A stretch of 56,501 bases of DNA from a virus. The notes beneath the pieces are model-generated. The model did not search any database. It saw only the letters and a program-made list of their open reading frames with translations, and was not told the origin of the DNA. Both the position numbers and the translations under genes were made by a program. This document shows positions 33,386 through 40,760 of this stretch, piece after piece. The stretch spans positions 1 through 56,501 of the IMG/VR virus record IMGVR_UViG_3300045988_086774; one strand, written 5' to 3'. Numbering within the stretch: the stretch's first letter is position 1; each line of letters begins with the position of its first letter.

Positions 33386-34465
33386 ATGCAAAAAATATCC
33401 GACAACAACCTTGTCGAAAAAAGCAAATCTCTTGTGTGGGCAAAGTTCAGGGACTACACGGCAGGCGAGCTCCGGTTGCTAGAGGTTTACTTGTCAAGAA
33501 TAAATCCGAGAGACCCAAACAGCAGCCGTGTGGAGTTCTCGTTGGCAGAGTACAGAGACCTGCTTGGGTTAAAAAGCCTTGATGCACGAAGGATTGAGCC
33601 GCAGATCAAGCACTTTCTGGGCAATACGGTGTCGATTCCCATTGACAAAGAGAAGGGGACGTTTGAGAGTTTTGTCTTGTTCACAAGGGCGAAACTGGAC
33701 TATGTACCCGAAACGAGGTCTTATGTTGTGGCAATCACTTGCAACCCTGACCTTCGCCCCATCTTTTTTGATATTGCAGAAAGCGGGTACGTTCGGTATC
33801 GTCTACGCTACACATCACGAATGAAGTCTCAGTACAGCATTCTGCTTTATTCGATTCTTCGGGACTGGCTGAACATGGATAGCAAGCCGCATGAAATCAG
33901 TCTGAAAAAACTGAGAGAACAGCTCGGTGCGATGGAAGCAAGCTACGATGTTTACAAGAACCTTCGCAAACGAGTGCTTGATGTTGCAGTAGATGAGATC
34001 AATGCTGTGTCTGACATTGTTGTGACTTACGAGCCGGTTCTTGTGGCACGAAAGGCTGTGGCAGTTAAGTTTAAGCCCAAAATTAAAGCGTCTGAGACGC
34101 TGATTGAAGCTCAGGCAAGCGAAGTATCAACTGAACCTCAAAAAGCCGCCAGAAAGCCCCGCAGAAGCGGATACGAGGACTTTGACTGGTCTATGTGTGA
34201 CGAACTAGAAAAGCAGGACTGCATTGACGTGGCAAAAGTGGTTGAGAAGTGGATGAAGAAAGAGCATCCTGAAATCAAGTTGCCGAGACGCAGAGAAGCG
34301 GTCTACGATACGGTAAAGGCGGCGTATAAGGATATTTTGTCTTTGGACAGGTCTCCGTTCCCTGACAGACCTGTTGGCTATCTGATTAGAAGCGTAGACA
34401 AAGCGGGTATCGTAGACAAGTATATGCCAGCATTCTATTCCATTGAAGCGTTACAAGAGCAGTAA
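33386..34465 (+). CDS. repA: Rep_3-type iteron-binding replication initiator
   Basis: 359 aa behind AAGGAGG. ELRLLEVYLSRINPRD...VEFSLAEYRDLLGL...SQYSILLYSILRDWL...YKNLRKRVLDVAVDEINAVSDIVVTYEP fits the Rep_3 pattern. Confidence 0.8.
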   Translation: MQKISDNNLVEKSKSLVWAKFRDYTAGELRLLEVYLSRINPRDPNSSRVEFSLAEYRDLLGLKSLDARRIEPQIKHFLGNTVSIPIDKEKGTFESFVLFTRAKLDYVPETRSYVVAITCNPDLRPIFFDIAESGYVRYRLRYTSRMKSQYSILLYSILRDWLNMDSKPHEISLKKLREQLGAMEASYDVYKNLRKRVLDVAVDEINAVSDIVVTYEPVLVARKAVAVKFKPKIKASETLIEAQASEVSTEPQKAARKPRRSGYEDFDWSMCDELEKQDCIDVAKVVEKWMKKEHPEIKLPRRREAVYDTVKAAYKDILSLDRSPFPDRPVGYLIRSVDKAGIVDKYMPAFYSIEALQEQ

Positions 34466-34507
34466 GGCGTAGCGCGTTGAGCAGATGATGCAGAAAGGAG
34501 AAAGAGT

Positions 34508-34789
34508 ATGATTCCAATGTTTCCGAAAGGCTATGACAAGGACAAGTGGTATATGACCAAAGATGTTATGCCGGATAAAAGCCTAGAAGGATGGCCTCGT
34601 GGGCTTTTACTTCGTATCGAAGATAAGAAAACAGGAGAAAAAAGTTTCATAATCGGCAAGTACGATACAATCAACGGCAAATGGTTTGATTCCGATAGTA
34701 ATGAAATCAAAGGAACTGTAATTGCATGGCACGTCACGCCTTTATTGTGGGTCGGAGACGAGATAAAGGCAGCATATCCGTTCTACTAA
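34508..34789 (+). CDS. Hypothetical protein (DUF551-like)
   Basis: 93 aa; GKWFDSDSNEIKGTVIAWHVTPLLW. Confidence 0.45.
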   Translation: MIPMFPKGYDKDKWYMTKDVMPDKSLEGWPRGLLLRIEDKKTGEKSFIIGKYDTINGKWFDSDSNEIKGTVIAWHVTPLLWVGDEIKAAYPFY

Positions 34790-34806
34790 AAAGAAAGAGT
34801 GATAAA

Positions 34807-35058
34807 ATGGCAAAAGTTCAAAGTTCCGTTTTGTACAGAGAAATAGCGAAATTGCTAGACGACTTCGATTGTAACAGAGTTGAGTTTTTCACCGTTGGGG
34901 ACGGAATTGATACGCCGATTCATGTAATGGTCGGTTCTCGTGGACATGGCACTGTAGAACCAGACGAAGCGATTGAGGAAGGAAAGGCGCTGATTGAGGC
35001 TGGTAAGGCGGCAAAAAAATTTAAGTACAATGGTTATTTTGTAATGTGGGGAGAATAA
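34807..35058 (+). CDS. Small conserved protein, paralog A (flanks parA)
   Basis: ATG 34807. FFTVGDGIDTPIHVMVGSRGHG...EEGKALIEAGKAAKKFKYNGYFVMW aligns with 35828..36085. Confidence 0.6.
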   Translation: MAKVQSSVLYREIAKLLDDFDCNRVEFFTVGDGIDTPIHVMVGSRGHGTVEPDEAIEEGKALIEAGKAAKKFKYNGYFVMWGE

Positions 35059-35060
35059 AA

Positions 35061-35831
35061 ATGGCAAAAATCATATCTGTCGCTAACCAGAAGGGCGGCA
35101 CAGGAAAGACTACCACAAGCACCTGTCTGGCTGGTGCGTTGCAGTTGCTTGGCAAAAAGGTGTTGCTGGTGGACTGCGATGCACAGTGCAACGCAACGGA
35201 CACATACGGCGCACAGACAGAGGACGTGTGTACCCTGTTCGATGTAATGACCCGGCAGGGCACGGTGGAAGAGGGAATCCAGCACTGTGAAGCTGGTGAC
35301 ATTCTTCCGTCAGACAACGCATTGAAGGACATTGACGAGCAGCTTGTCCGGGACATGGGCAAGAACTTCCGGCTGCGTGAAGCGCTGGAATCCGTGTCTG
35401 ATCAGTACGATTACATTGTTCTGGACACTCCCCCGCAGCTTGGTCTTGCGCTTGTAAACGCTCTAATCGCCGCCAATAGCATCATCGTACCCATTACAGC
35501 AGACCGATATGCGCTTGCCGGACTGAGCCAGCTTTCGCAGACCATCGGTGACGTTCGTAGATACTTTAACCCGACTTTGAAAATTGAAGGTCTGCTTCTG
35601 AACCAGTACAAGAGCCGTGAGAACCTGTCAAAAGAGGTTGTGGAGCAGCTTCCTGTGATTGCACAGAGCATGGGTACAACCCTGCTGGATGTGAAGATTA
35701 GACCGTCTATGGGCGTTCGTAAGGCACAGGCAGAGCGGCATAGCCTGTTTAGCGGTGACACGGCAAAGAGCACCAGCGCAGAGGACTTCAAAGAGCTGGC
35801 AAAGAAGATTGTAGAGGGGGATGTGCAGTGA
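35061..35831 (+). CDS. parA: ParA/Soj-type partition ATPase
   Basis: MAKIISVANQKGGTGKTTT deviant Walker A; YDYIVLDTPP. Confidence 0.9.
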   Translation: MAKIISVANQKGGTGKTTTSTCLAGALQLLGKKVLLVDCDAQCNATDTYGAQTEDVCTLFDVMTRQGTVEEGIQHCEAGDILPSDNALKDIDEQLVRDMGKNFRLREALESVSDQYDYIVLDTPPQLGLALVNALIAANSIIVPITADRYALAGLSQLSQTIGDVRRYFNPTLKIEGLLLNQYKSRENLSKEVVEQLPVIAQSMGTTLLDVKIRPSMGVRKAQAERHSLFSGDTAKSTSAEDFKELAKKIVEGDVQ

Positions 35832-36085
35832 ATGTAGTTAGATATAAAGAGCTGGAAAAAGCCGAGTTTGAACTGCAAAGCAAATTCAGCTCGAAAGATG
35901 TTATGTTTTTCCGTCGAGGGGATGGAATAGACAATCCGATTTATTATGTTGTTTCACAAAGACATTGTGGGGCGTTAAGTTCCGAAGAAGCCATAAAAGC
36001 CGGAAAAGTTTTGATTGAAGCTGGAAATGCGGCAAAATCTTTTCGGTACAACGGGTATTTTATTGATTGGAGTGACACACAGTGA
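35828..36085 (+). CDS. Small conserved protein, paralog B (flanks parA)
   Basis: GTG start overlaps the parA stop. FFRRGDGIDNPIYYVVSQRHCG...KAGKVLIEAGNAAKSFRYNGYFIDW. Confidence 0.6.
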   Translation: MNVVRYKELEKAEFELQSKFSSKDVMFFRRGDGIDNPIYYVVSQRHCGALSSEEAIKAGKVLIEAGNAAKSFRYNGYFIDWSDTQ

Positions 36086-36654
36086 AAAAGTCCAGCAAAA
36101 AAACATCCGGCTTGTTGGGCGGGTTTGACTTCCAGCCTGTTTTTTCGGAACAGACATTAAGCCGAAGTGAGCCAAAGGAAGAAGAAGTAAGCCAAACAAA
36201 GCCGAATAATGCCGAACAAGCACCGATTAAGCCCAGTGATGCCATAGACAGCCATGCACAGCCGAGTGAAGCAGAATTAAGTAGTGTTAAGCCGAAGCAA
36301 GCCAAAGACGGCAAAAGCAAGCCAAATGATGCCGTGTTAGGCGAAGGTAAGCCAAAGAAGTTGAAACAGGCGAAAGAAATTCAACGTCTTATCGAGCAAG
36401 GCGATGTTCCCGGAGCACTGGCTGAAGCTGGCTTGACAAAGAAAAAAATCCCGATGCCGGAATCGCATCAGGGCGTTGCAAGCGGTGACGGCAAGCGTTC
36501 TAAACGCATTACCATCCTTATGAGCGAGGAAGAACGCAAGTACATCAACCGTGAAGCCAGACGGCACGGAATGACGATAGGGCAGTATGTGTACGCTCTG
36601 GCTGCTGCTGCGGCAGACGGGAAGATTGAGTTGGAGGATTTCTTGGAGGACTGA
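36082..36654 (+). CDS. RHH centromere-binding-type protein (ParR/ParG analog) with a long disordered N-terminus
   Basis: C-terminal KRSKRITILMSEEERKYINREARRHGMTIGQYVYAL fits an RHH. The N-terminal K/P/E-rich part is encoded by the 10-bp repeat array. Confidence 0.6.
   Translation: MKKSSKKTSGLLGGFDFQPVFSEQTLSRSEPKEEEVSQTKPNNAEQAPIKPSDAIDSHAQPSEAELSSVKPKQAKDGKSKPNDAVLGEGKPKKLKQAKEIQRLIEQGDVPGALAEAGLTKKKIPMPESHQGVASGDGKRSKRITILMSEEERKYINREARRHGMTIGQYVYALAAAAADGKIELEDFLED
36161..36360 (+). repeat. 20 tandem 10-bp units (consensus GCCRAAnnAA); candidate partition centromere embedded in coding sequence
   Basis: 14 of 20 consecutive decamers start with GCC at exactly 10-bp phase (36161, 171, 191, 201, 211, 231, 241, 251, 261, 291, 301, 321, 331, 351). 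Confidence 0.8.
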
Positions 36655-36655
36655 C

Positions 36656-36811
36656 ATGACGAAACAAGAGAGAGTTGCAAGAATTGCAAAATACTACACA
36701 ACTTTCCATTTGTTTGGCGATTGGTATCTTGTTAGGCGTTATCCTAAACACTTCCGTAGTTGGAAAAGATTCGTTCCGTTGTATATACTAATGAACATCA
36801 AAGAAGAATAA
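36656..36811 (+). CDS. Hypothetical small protein (51 aa)
   Basis: ATG 36656 lies 5 nt after GGAGGA; MTKQERVARIAKYYTTFHLFGDWYLVRRYPKHFRSW... Confidence 0.45.
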   Translation: MTKQERVARIAKYYTTFHLFGDWYLVRRYPKHFRSWKRFVPLYILMNIKEE

Positions 36812-36830
36812 TCTATGTGAGAGGAGAAAA

Positions 36831-37244
36831 ATGCGCACATACAAGCCACGCAAGCACAGAAGCAAAGAGGAACAAGCCAAAATAAACGCAGAGGTAGCAA
36901 AACGTAAAGCAAAACTGGCTGAAAAGTACAATACTGACACGCAGTATTATAAGGGCATTCCTGTTGAGCTGATTGTAAGAGAGGATTACGGTTGCTACAA
37001 AGCAAAGCGTTTCAAAATAAACGGTAGTAATCAAAACGTGTGGATTCCAAACTGCTATCTTGAAGATGACGGAACAATCAAGGCGAATATGAACATTGAT
37101 TTTGTATTCCGTAAGTCTGTAAACCAGTTAAATAAAGCTGGAATCACGCAAGCGATTATTGGCATCAAACGTAAAATGCCAGAAGCAGATGCTCCAAATC
37201 TTAAAAGTACCATACAGAAAATCGGAGATACAGGAACTTGCTAA
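36831..37244 (+). CDS. Hypothetical protein, basic N-terminus
   Basis: 137 aa behind GAGAGGAGAAAA. Confidence 0.55.
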   Translation: MRTYKPRKHRSKEEQAKINAEVAKRKAKLAEKYNTDTQYYKGIPVELIVREDYGCYKAKRFKINGSNQNVWIPNCYLEDDGTIKANMNIDFVFRKSVNQLNKAGITQAIIGIKRKMPEADAPNLKSTIQKIGDTGTC

Positions 37245-37250
37245 AGAACA

Positions 37251-37286
37251 AACCCCTGTGCAACCAATCAAGGCTGTACAGGGGTT
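37251..37286. terminator. Bidirectional terminator between convergent operons
   Basis: AACCCCTGT...ACAGGGGTT 9-bp stem. Confidence 0.65.
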
Positions 37287-37291
37287 CTGTT

Positions 37292-37930
37292 TTACTTATC
37301 AGCAATGCAATTCCAGTAGAGATACGCCTTGCCGTCCACAGCGTCCGTGTCATCAAGGAACGCCTTTGCCATGTCAGCGTAGAAGCCAGGAGTGTCAACG
37401 GACTGCCGCTTTGCGACCTGACAATAATCCGAGTACATCATGTTCATGACAGCCCAGAAATCGTTCGGGTCACAGGTGATATTGCGCTGTTTGGCAACGT
37501 CCTGTGTCTGTTCCAGCGTCCAGTGACAGCCTTTAGTACCGTCAGCATTCACCATGCTGTCGCACCATTCTTCCGCTTCATCGTGGGTGAGGTGCTTTCG
37601 TGGCATCTTGATGAAACGGCTGTCTGCACCGCCATGCTCATACTGCCCAGACCGCTTATCCCAGTCTCCGTTCTGCGAGAAGCCAATCTGCGGCATCTTG
37701 CGCCCATACTCTACGTCAGGGTAGCGGGGGATAGGGTAGGGGTCGATGTAGCGGTTCTCCTCCTGCGGATAGTAAGGATAGCGGTCGCTGCCATCTTCCA
37801 GCTTGCGCAGACGGCGTTCCAACTCACGCTCCCTGCGATCACGCTCTTCCTCAAGGCGGTCACGTTCCGGCTCACGGTCTTTATCGTGGTCGCGGAGCAT
37901 CATCATGCGGCGAAAATTAGTCTTGCCCAT
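37292..37930 (-). CDS. Hypothetical protein: highly charged RDRE-rich N-terminus and Cys-containing C-terminal domain
   Basis: 212 aa behind GAGGAGG; RDREPERDRLEEERDRRERELERRLRKLE...YPYYPQEENRYIDPYPIPRYP...WAVMNMMYSDYCQVAK. Confidence 0.6.
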   Translation of the reverse strand: MGKTNFRRMMMLRDHDKDREPERDRLEEERDRRERELERRLRKLEDGSDRYPYYPQEENRYIDPYPIPRYPDVEYGRKMPQIGFSQNGDWDKRSGQYEHGGADSRFIKMPRKHLTHDEAEEWCDSMVNADGTKGCHWTLEQTQDVAKQRNITCDPNDFWAVMNMMYSDYCQVAKRQSVDTPGFYADMAKAFLDDTDAVDGKAYLYWNCIADK

Positions 37931-37943
37931 AATCTATACCTCC

Positions 37944-38315
37944 TCAAGAAATGGACGCAGGCGCGCCAGCGTGGGAACGGCAGAAGCAGCCAAGATACTT
38001 GAACGTGCCGGTGCCGGTTGCAGACGTTGCCACACGGGTAGCGTAACGGGTGCGGGTGTGGATGCTCTCGGCGGTCGCCTGAGCGCAGTTGCAGTCGGTC
38101 AGAGGGTATGCGGTCGTGCCCGCACCTATGGTGATAACCACAGGGGCGTTGATGGTGGTCGTGTCCGGCAAGCTCTGGGCAACCACGATGCAATACTTCT
38201 CTCCGTTCTGGTATGCACCGGCAGGGATGTTGATGGTCAGCGTGTCGTTGGCGAACGTGACTGCCTGACTGATGACCAAGTGCGGGCAGAGTTTGCAGCT
38301 TGTTTTGCAAGCCAT
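37944..38315 (-). CDS. Small Cys-rich beta-type protein
   Basis: 123 aa behind AGGAGG. MACKTSCKLCPHL at the N-terminus, DCNC mid-protein and GCFC near the C-terminus. Confidence 0.6.
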   Translation of the reverse strand: MACKTSCKLCPHLVISQAVTFANDTLTINIPAGAYQNGEKYCIVVAQSLPDTTTINAPVVITIGAGTTAYPLTDCNCAQATAESIHTRTRYATRVATSATGTGTFKYLGCFCRSHAGAPASIS

Positions 38316-38330
38316 AGTATTTTCCTCCTA

Positions 38331-38365
38331 AAAAATCAGGGGCAGAGGTGTCTTACCCCTGCCCC
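38331..38365 (-). terminator. Intrinsic terminator within the cluster
   Basis: On the minus strand GGGGCAG...CTGCCCC is followed by TGATTTTTT. Confidence 0.6.
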
Positions 38366-38400
38366 GATGGTTCACCCGGTGTTATCGGGGAGTGTGTAGG

Positions 38401-39270
38401 TTAGCAGCCGCAGCAGTTCACGCCCACGTTGGGGTTTGCCACCTGATAAGCGGGAATCGGACGAGGATTGACCCGGTTCAGGATGGTATCGGTCTGCTGG
38501 GACATCACAGTGGTCAGAAGCGCATTCTGACGATCCTGAGAAGCGGCGAACTTCAAGCTCTGGTTCTCAGCGGTCAGAGTGGCGATCTTATCCTGCGTGA
38601 AGTAGTCCATCATGCTGCGGAAGTTGGCGTTGCAGTTGTCCACGATGGCACGAGCGTTGTCTGCGATAGCCTGACGGGTAGCGCAGTCCTGCTGTGCAAT
38701 GGTGTACTTCAGGTCGCCGATGAGCTGCTTGTTCTCGCAGCAGCAAGATGCAAGCTGCGTCTGGATAGCAGTCTGACCCGCCTGACGTGCGTTGCCCTCC
38801 TGCATGATAGCAAGGCTGATGGCATTATCGCCGTTGGACACGCTGCGTTCCAGACCGTTCACAAGCTGTGCGTTCTGGTAGCCGAGCTGACAGATCGCCT
38901 GATTAGTACCAGCAAAGCCGCCCGCAACGGAAGCGTTGAGAGTGTTCATCTGTGCGAGCTGGTCATAGCCCAGAGAACAGATACCGCTTTGGATGCCAGC
39001 CAGAGAACGGGAAGTGTCCTGCTGGTAGAAGCCCTCAGACAGAGCCGCACGAGTATCTGCGCCGCCCTGACCGGTTGCGCCAGTACCAACCAGATAGGGG
39101 ATGTAGCTGTTCATGCCGTTGTCACCGCCGTTCCTGCCGTAGCCGCCGTTGCCCCAGCCAAAGATGATGGCGAGGATAATAACAGCCCACAGACCTTCGT
39201 TGCCGAAGAATCCGCCGTTGTTATTGCCGCCGTCCTGCCCAGCCAGATAGCCAGTTGCAAAATCGTCCAT
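38401..39270 (-). CDS. Membrane protein: Gly/Asn-rich N-terminus with one TM, long Q/N-rich helical region, Cys clusters
   Basis: 289 aa behind AAAGGAG. GGNNNGGFFGNEGLWAVIILAIIFGWGNGGYGRNGGDNG; internal ASCCCENK; C-terminal VNCCGC. Confidence 0.65.
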   Translation of the reverse strand: MDDFATGYLAGQDGGNNNGGFFGNEGLWAVIILAIIFGWGNGGYGRNGGDNGMNSYIPYLVGTGATGQGGADTRAALSEGFYQQDTSRSLAGIQSGICSLGYDQLAQMNTLNASVAGGFAGTNQAICQLGYQNAQLVNGLERSVSNGDNAISLAIMQEGNARQAGQTAIQTQLASCCCENKQLIGDLKYTIAQQDCATRQAIADNARAIVDNCNANFRSMMDYFTQDKIATLTAENQSLKFAASQDRQNALLTTVMSQQTDTILNRVNPRPIPAYQVANPNVGVNCCGC

Positions 39271-39392
39271 AACAAAACTCCTTTCAGTTTTGCGTTATGC
39301 TATCCCACCGCCGTATGCGATGGGCGAAGCCAGATAAAAGCGGTTTTTATCAAGTCCGCAAAACTGAGAAGCGTTTCGCTTAGAGGGATGCT

Positions 39393-39644
39393 TTACCGGG
39401 GCAGCGTCAGGTTCAGGACGCTTGCCAGTTGGTTCAGGTCGATGCCCCGCTCTTTTGCAAGGTTCTGCGCCATCGTCCTGAGCTGCGTTTCGTTCTTGCC
39501 CTGAATCAGGTTCAAGCCCTGCATGATAGGGGCGTTCTGCCCGCTCAACTGCTGGATAAGCCCCATCGGGTTTTGCCCGGCACGAGCCAGATTTGCAAGC
39601 TGCATGATGGGACTGTGCGTAATCACATCAAACGGAGAGGACAT
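39393..39644 (-). CDS. Hypothetical small protein
   Basis: 83 aa behind AAAGGAGA; Q/N/L-rich. Confidence 0.55.
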   Translation of the reverse strand: MSSPFDVITHSPIMQLANLARAGQNPMGLIQQLSGQNAPIMQGLNLIQGKNETQLRTMAQNLAKERGIDLNQLASVLNLTLPR

Positions 39645-39646
39645 TG

Positions 39647-40165
39647 TTATTCTCCTTTCTTCGTTGCGGCAGCGGGCTTAGAAAAGCTCTTCTGCCACTT
39701 TTCCAGTTCATCCAGCCTGTGGACGAGGGCGTTATACTCTTCAACAGGCACATACTGCTGTGTCGGTGCGGCGGTTTGCTGTGCCTGTTGTGCCTGCATC
39801 TGCCGCCACGCTTCCGGGCTGTAGAACTCCTGCACATAGGATTCACAGGTGTCTGGGTTCAGCCGCTTGCAGTAGATCACGCCACTCCGCAGGTCGGGGC
39901 AGTAGGTCGGTCTGCCGTACAGGTCGGACGGTATTGCCAGAAATTCTTCCCTGCTGGAAACAGGTCTACCAAGCAACCAGCCACCTTCCTGCGCCGACTG
40001 CTGAACAGGCTGCTGCCCATTCATCGGCTGCGGACGCTGCTGCTGTGCCTGTGGCATCTGCGTGTTCGGCAGGGGAGTGGCAAGCCCTACCGTTCCCATG
40101 CCGCCGTAAGGATTGACAGGCTGTTGCGGAACATAGGGCGCTCCGGGTGTTGGGTAATAGCTCAT
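39647..40165 (-). CDS. Protein with a P/Q-rich low-complexity N-terminus and a globular C-terminal domain
   Basis: 172 aa behind AGGAGGG; MSYYPTPGAPYVPQQPVNPYGG...QAQQQRPQPMNGQQPVQQ...YCPDLRSGVIYCKRLNPDTC. Confidence 0.6.
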   Translation of the reverse strand: MSYYPTPGAPYVPQQPVNPYGGMGTVGLATPLPNTQMPQAQQQRPQPMNGQQPVQQSAQEGGWLLGRPVSSREEFLAIPSDLYGRPTYCPDLRSGVIYCKRLNPDTCESYVQEFYSPEAWRQMQAQQAQQTAAPTQQYVPVEEYNALVHRLDELEKWQKSFSKPAAATKKGE

Positions 40166-40271
40166 AATACATCCCTCCTATTGCGCTCAGTGTACCGCAC
40201 CGGGAGAAAACGAGAGACAACGAAGACACAACGAAGGACAAAAAGCTTGATTAAAACTTGATTATTTTAAG

Positions 40272-40316
40272 CAAAAAAGAAAAGCGCCCACACGGCACAA
40301 AGCCGCATGAGCGCTT
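40272..40316 (-). terminator. Intrinsic terminator ending the tRNA-like RNA unit
   Basis: On the minus strand AAGCGC...GCGCTT is followed by TTCTTTTTT. Confidence 0.6.
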
Positions 40317-40491
40317 GAAAAATAAATAACCCCCAATGCTCCAAACGGAACACCGGGGGATTTCTGCGTCTCCCGCATGGTACGCACTGTAAGTAGGCGG
40401 GTGGGAGACTGTATCAACTAAAAATGCCTACTTCTGCTATCGCAATTTTGACGTATGCGCACTATTCAAAACCGTTCAAGCATTTTCGGAC

Positions 40492-40562
40492 TTGCTATGG
40501 CTGGAATTGAACCAGCGCAATAGACGGGGTGCGCCCTGCTCTACCAACTGAGCTACATAGCC
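40492..40562 (-). ncRNA. tRNA-like element with canonical D and T arms but no functional anticodon arm
   Basis: GGCTATG-TA-GCTC-AGTTGGTA-GAGC...GCTGG-TTCAATT-CCAGC-CATAGCA. The 21 nt between the arms (AGGGCGCACCCCGTCTATTGC) cannot form a 5-bp stem with a 7-nt loop. 1-72 is a G-A mismatch; no CCA. Confidence 0.4.
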
Positions 40563-40661
40563 TTAAAGACCCACCATGATACGCATCGTTGAGAGGCTTG
40601 ATGGGTTCAGATATCCACCCTAATGCGCTTCTTCGAGAGGCCGGGCGGATTTGTTGGACAT

Positions 40662-40670
40662 ATTATACCA
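40662..40670 (-). promoter_or_regulatory. Extended -10 promoter (TGGTATAAT) upstream of the tRNA-like element
   Basis: The minus strand reads TGGTATAAT at 40670..40662, just downstream of the terminator at 40677..40713. Confidence 0.45.
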
Positions 40671-40676
40671 CAAATC

Positions 40677-40713
40677 GTGCAAAAAGAAAAGCGGCAGACC
40701 CGAAAGCCTGCCG
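40677..40713 (-). terminator. Intrinsic terminator after the regulator gene
   Basis: On the minus strand GCGGCAG...CTGCCGC is followed by TTTTCTTTTT. Confidence 0.7.
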
Positions 40714-40760
40714 CTTCAATGCGTTTTCGTGAAAAAACGCACCCGATTGAGATTACAGTA

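Noticed and set aside
40492-40562. attP core formed by a tRNA fragment (integration into a host tRNA gene)
   Set aside because: No integrase is present. Both the 5-prime and 3-prime halves of the cloverleaf are present, rather than only a 3-prime fragment. The element also has its own promoter and terminator.
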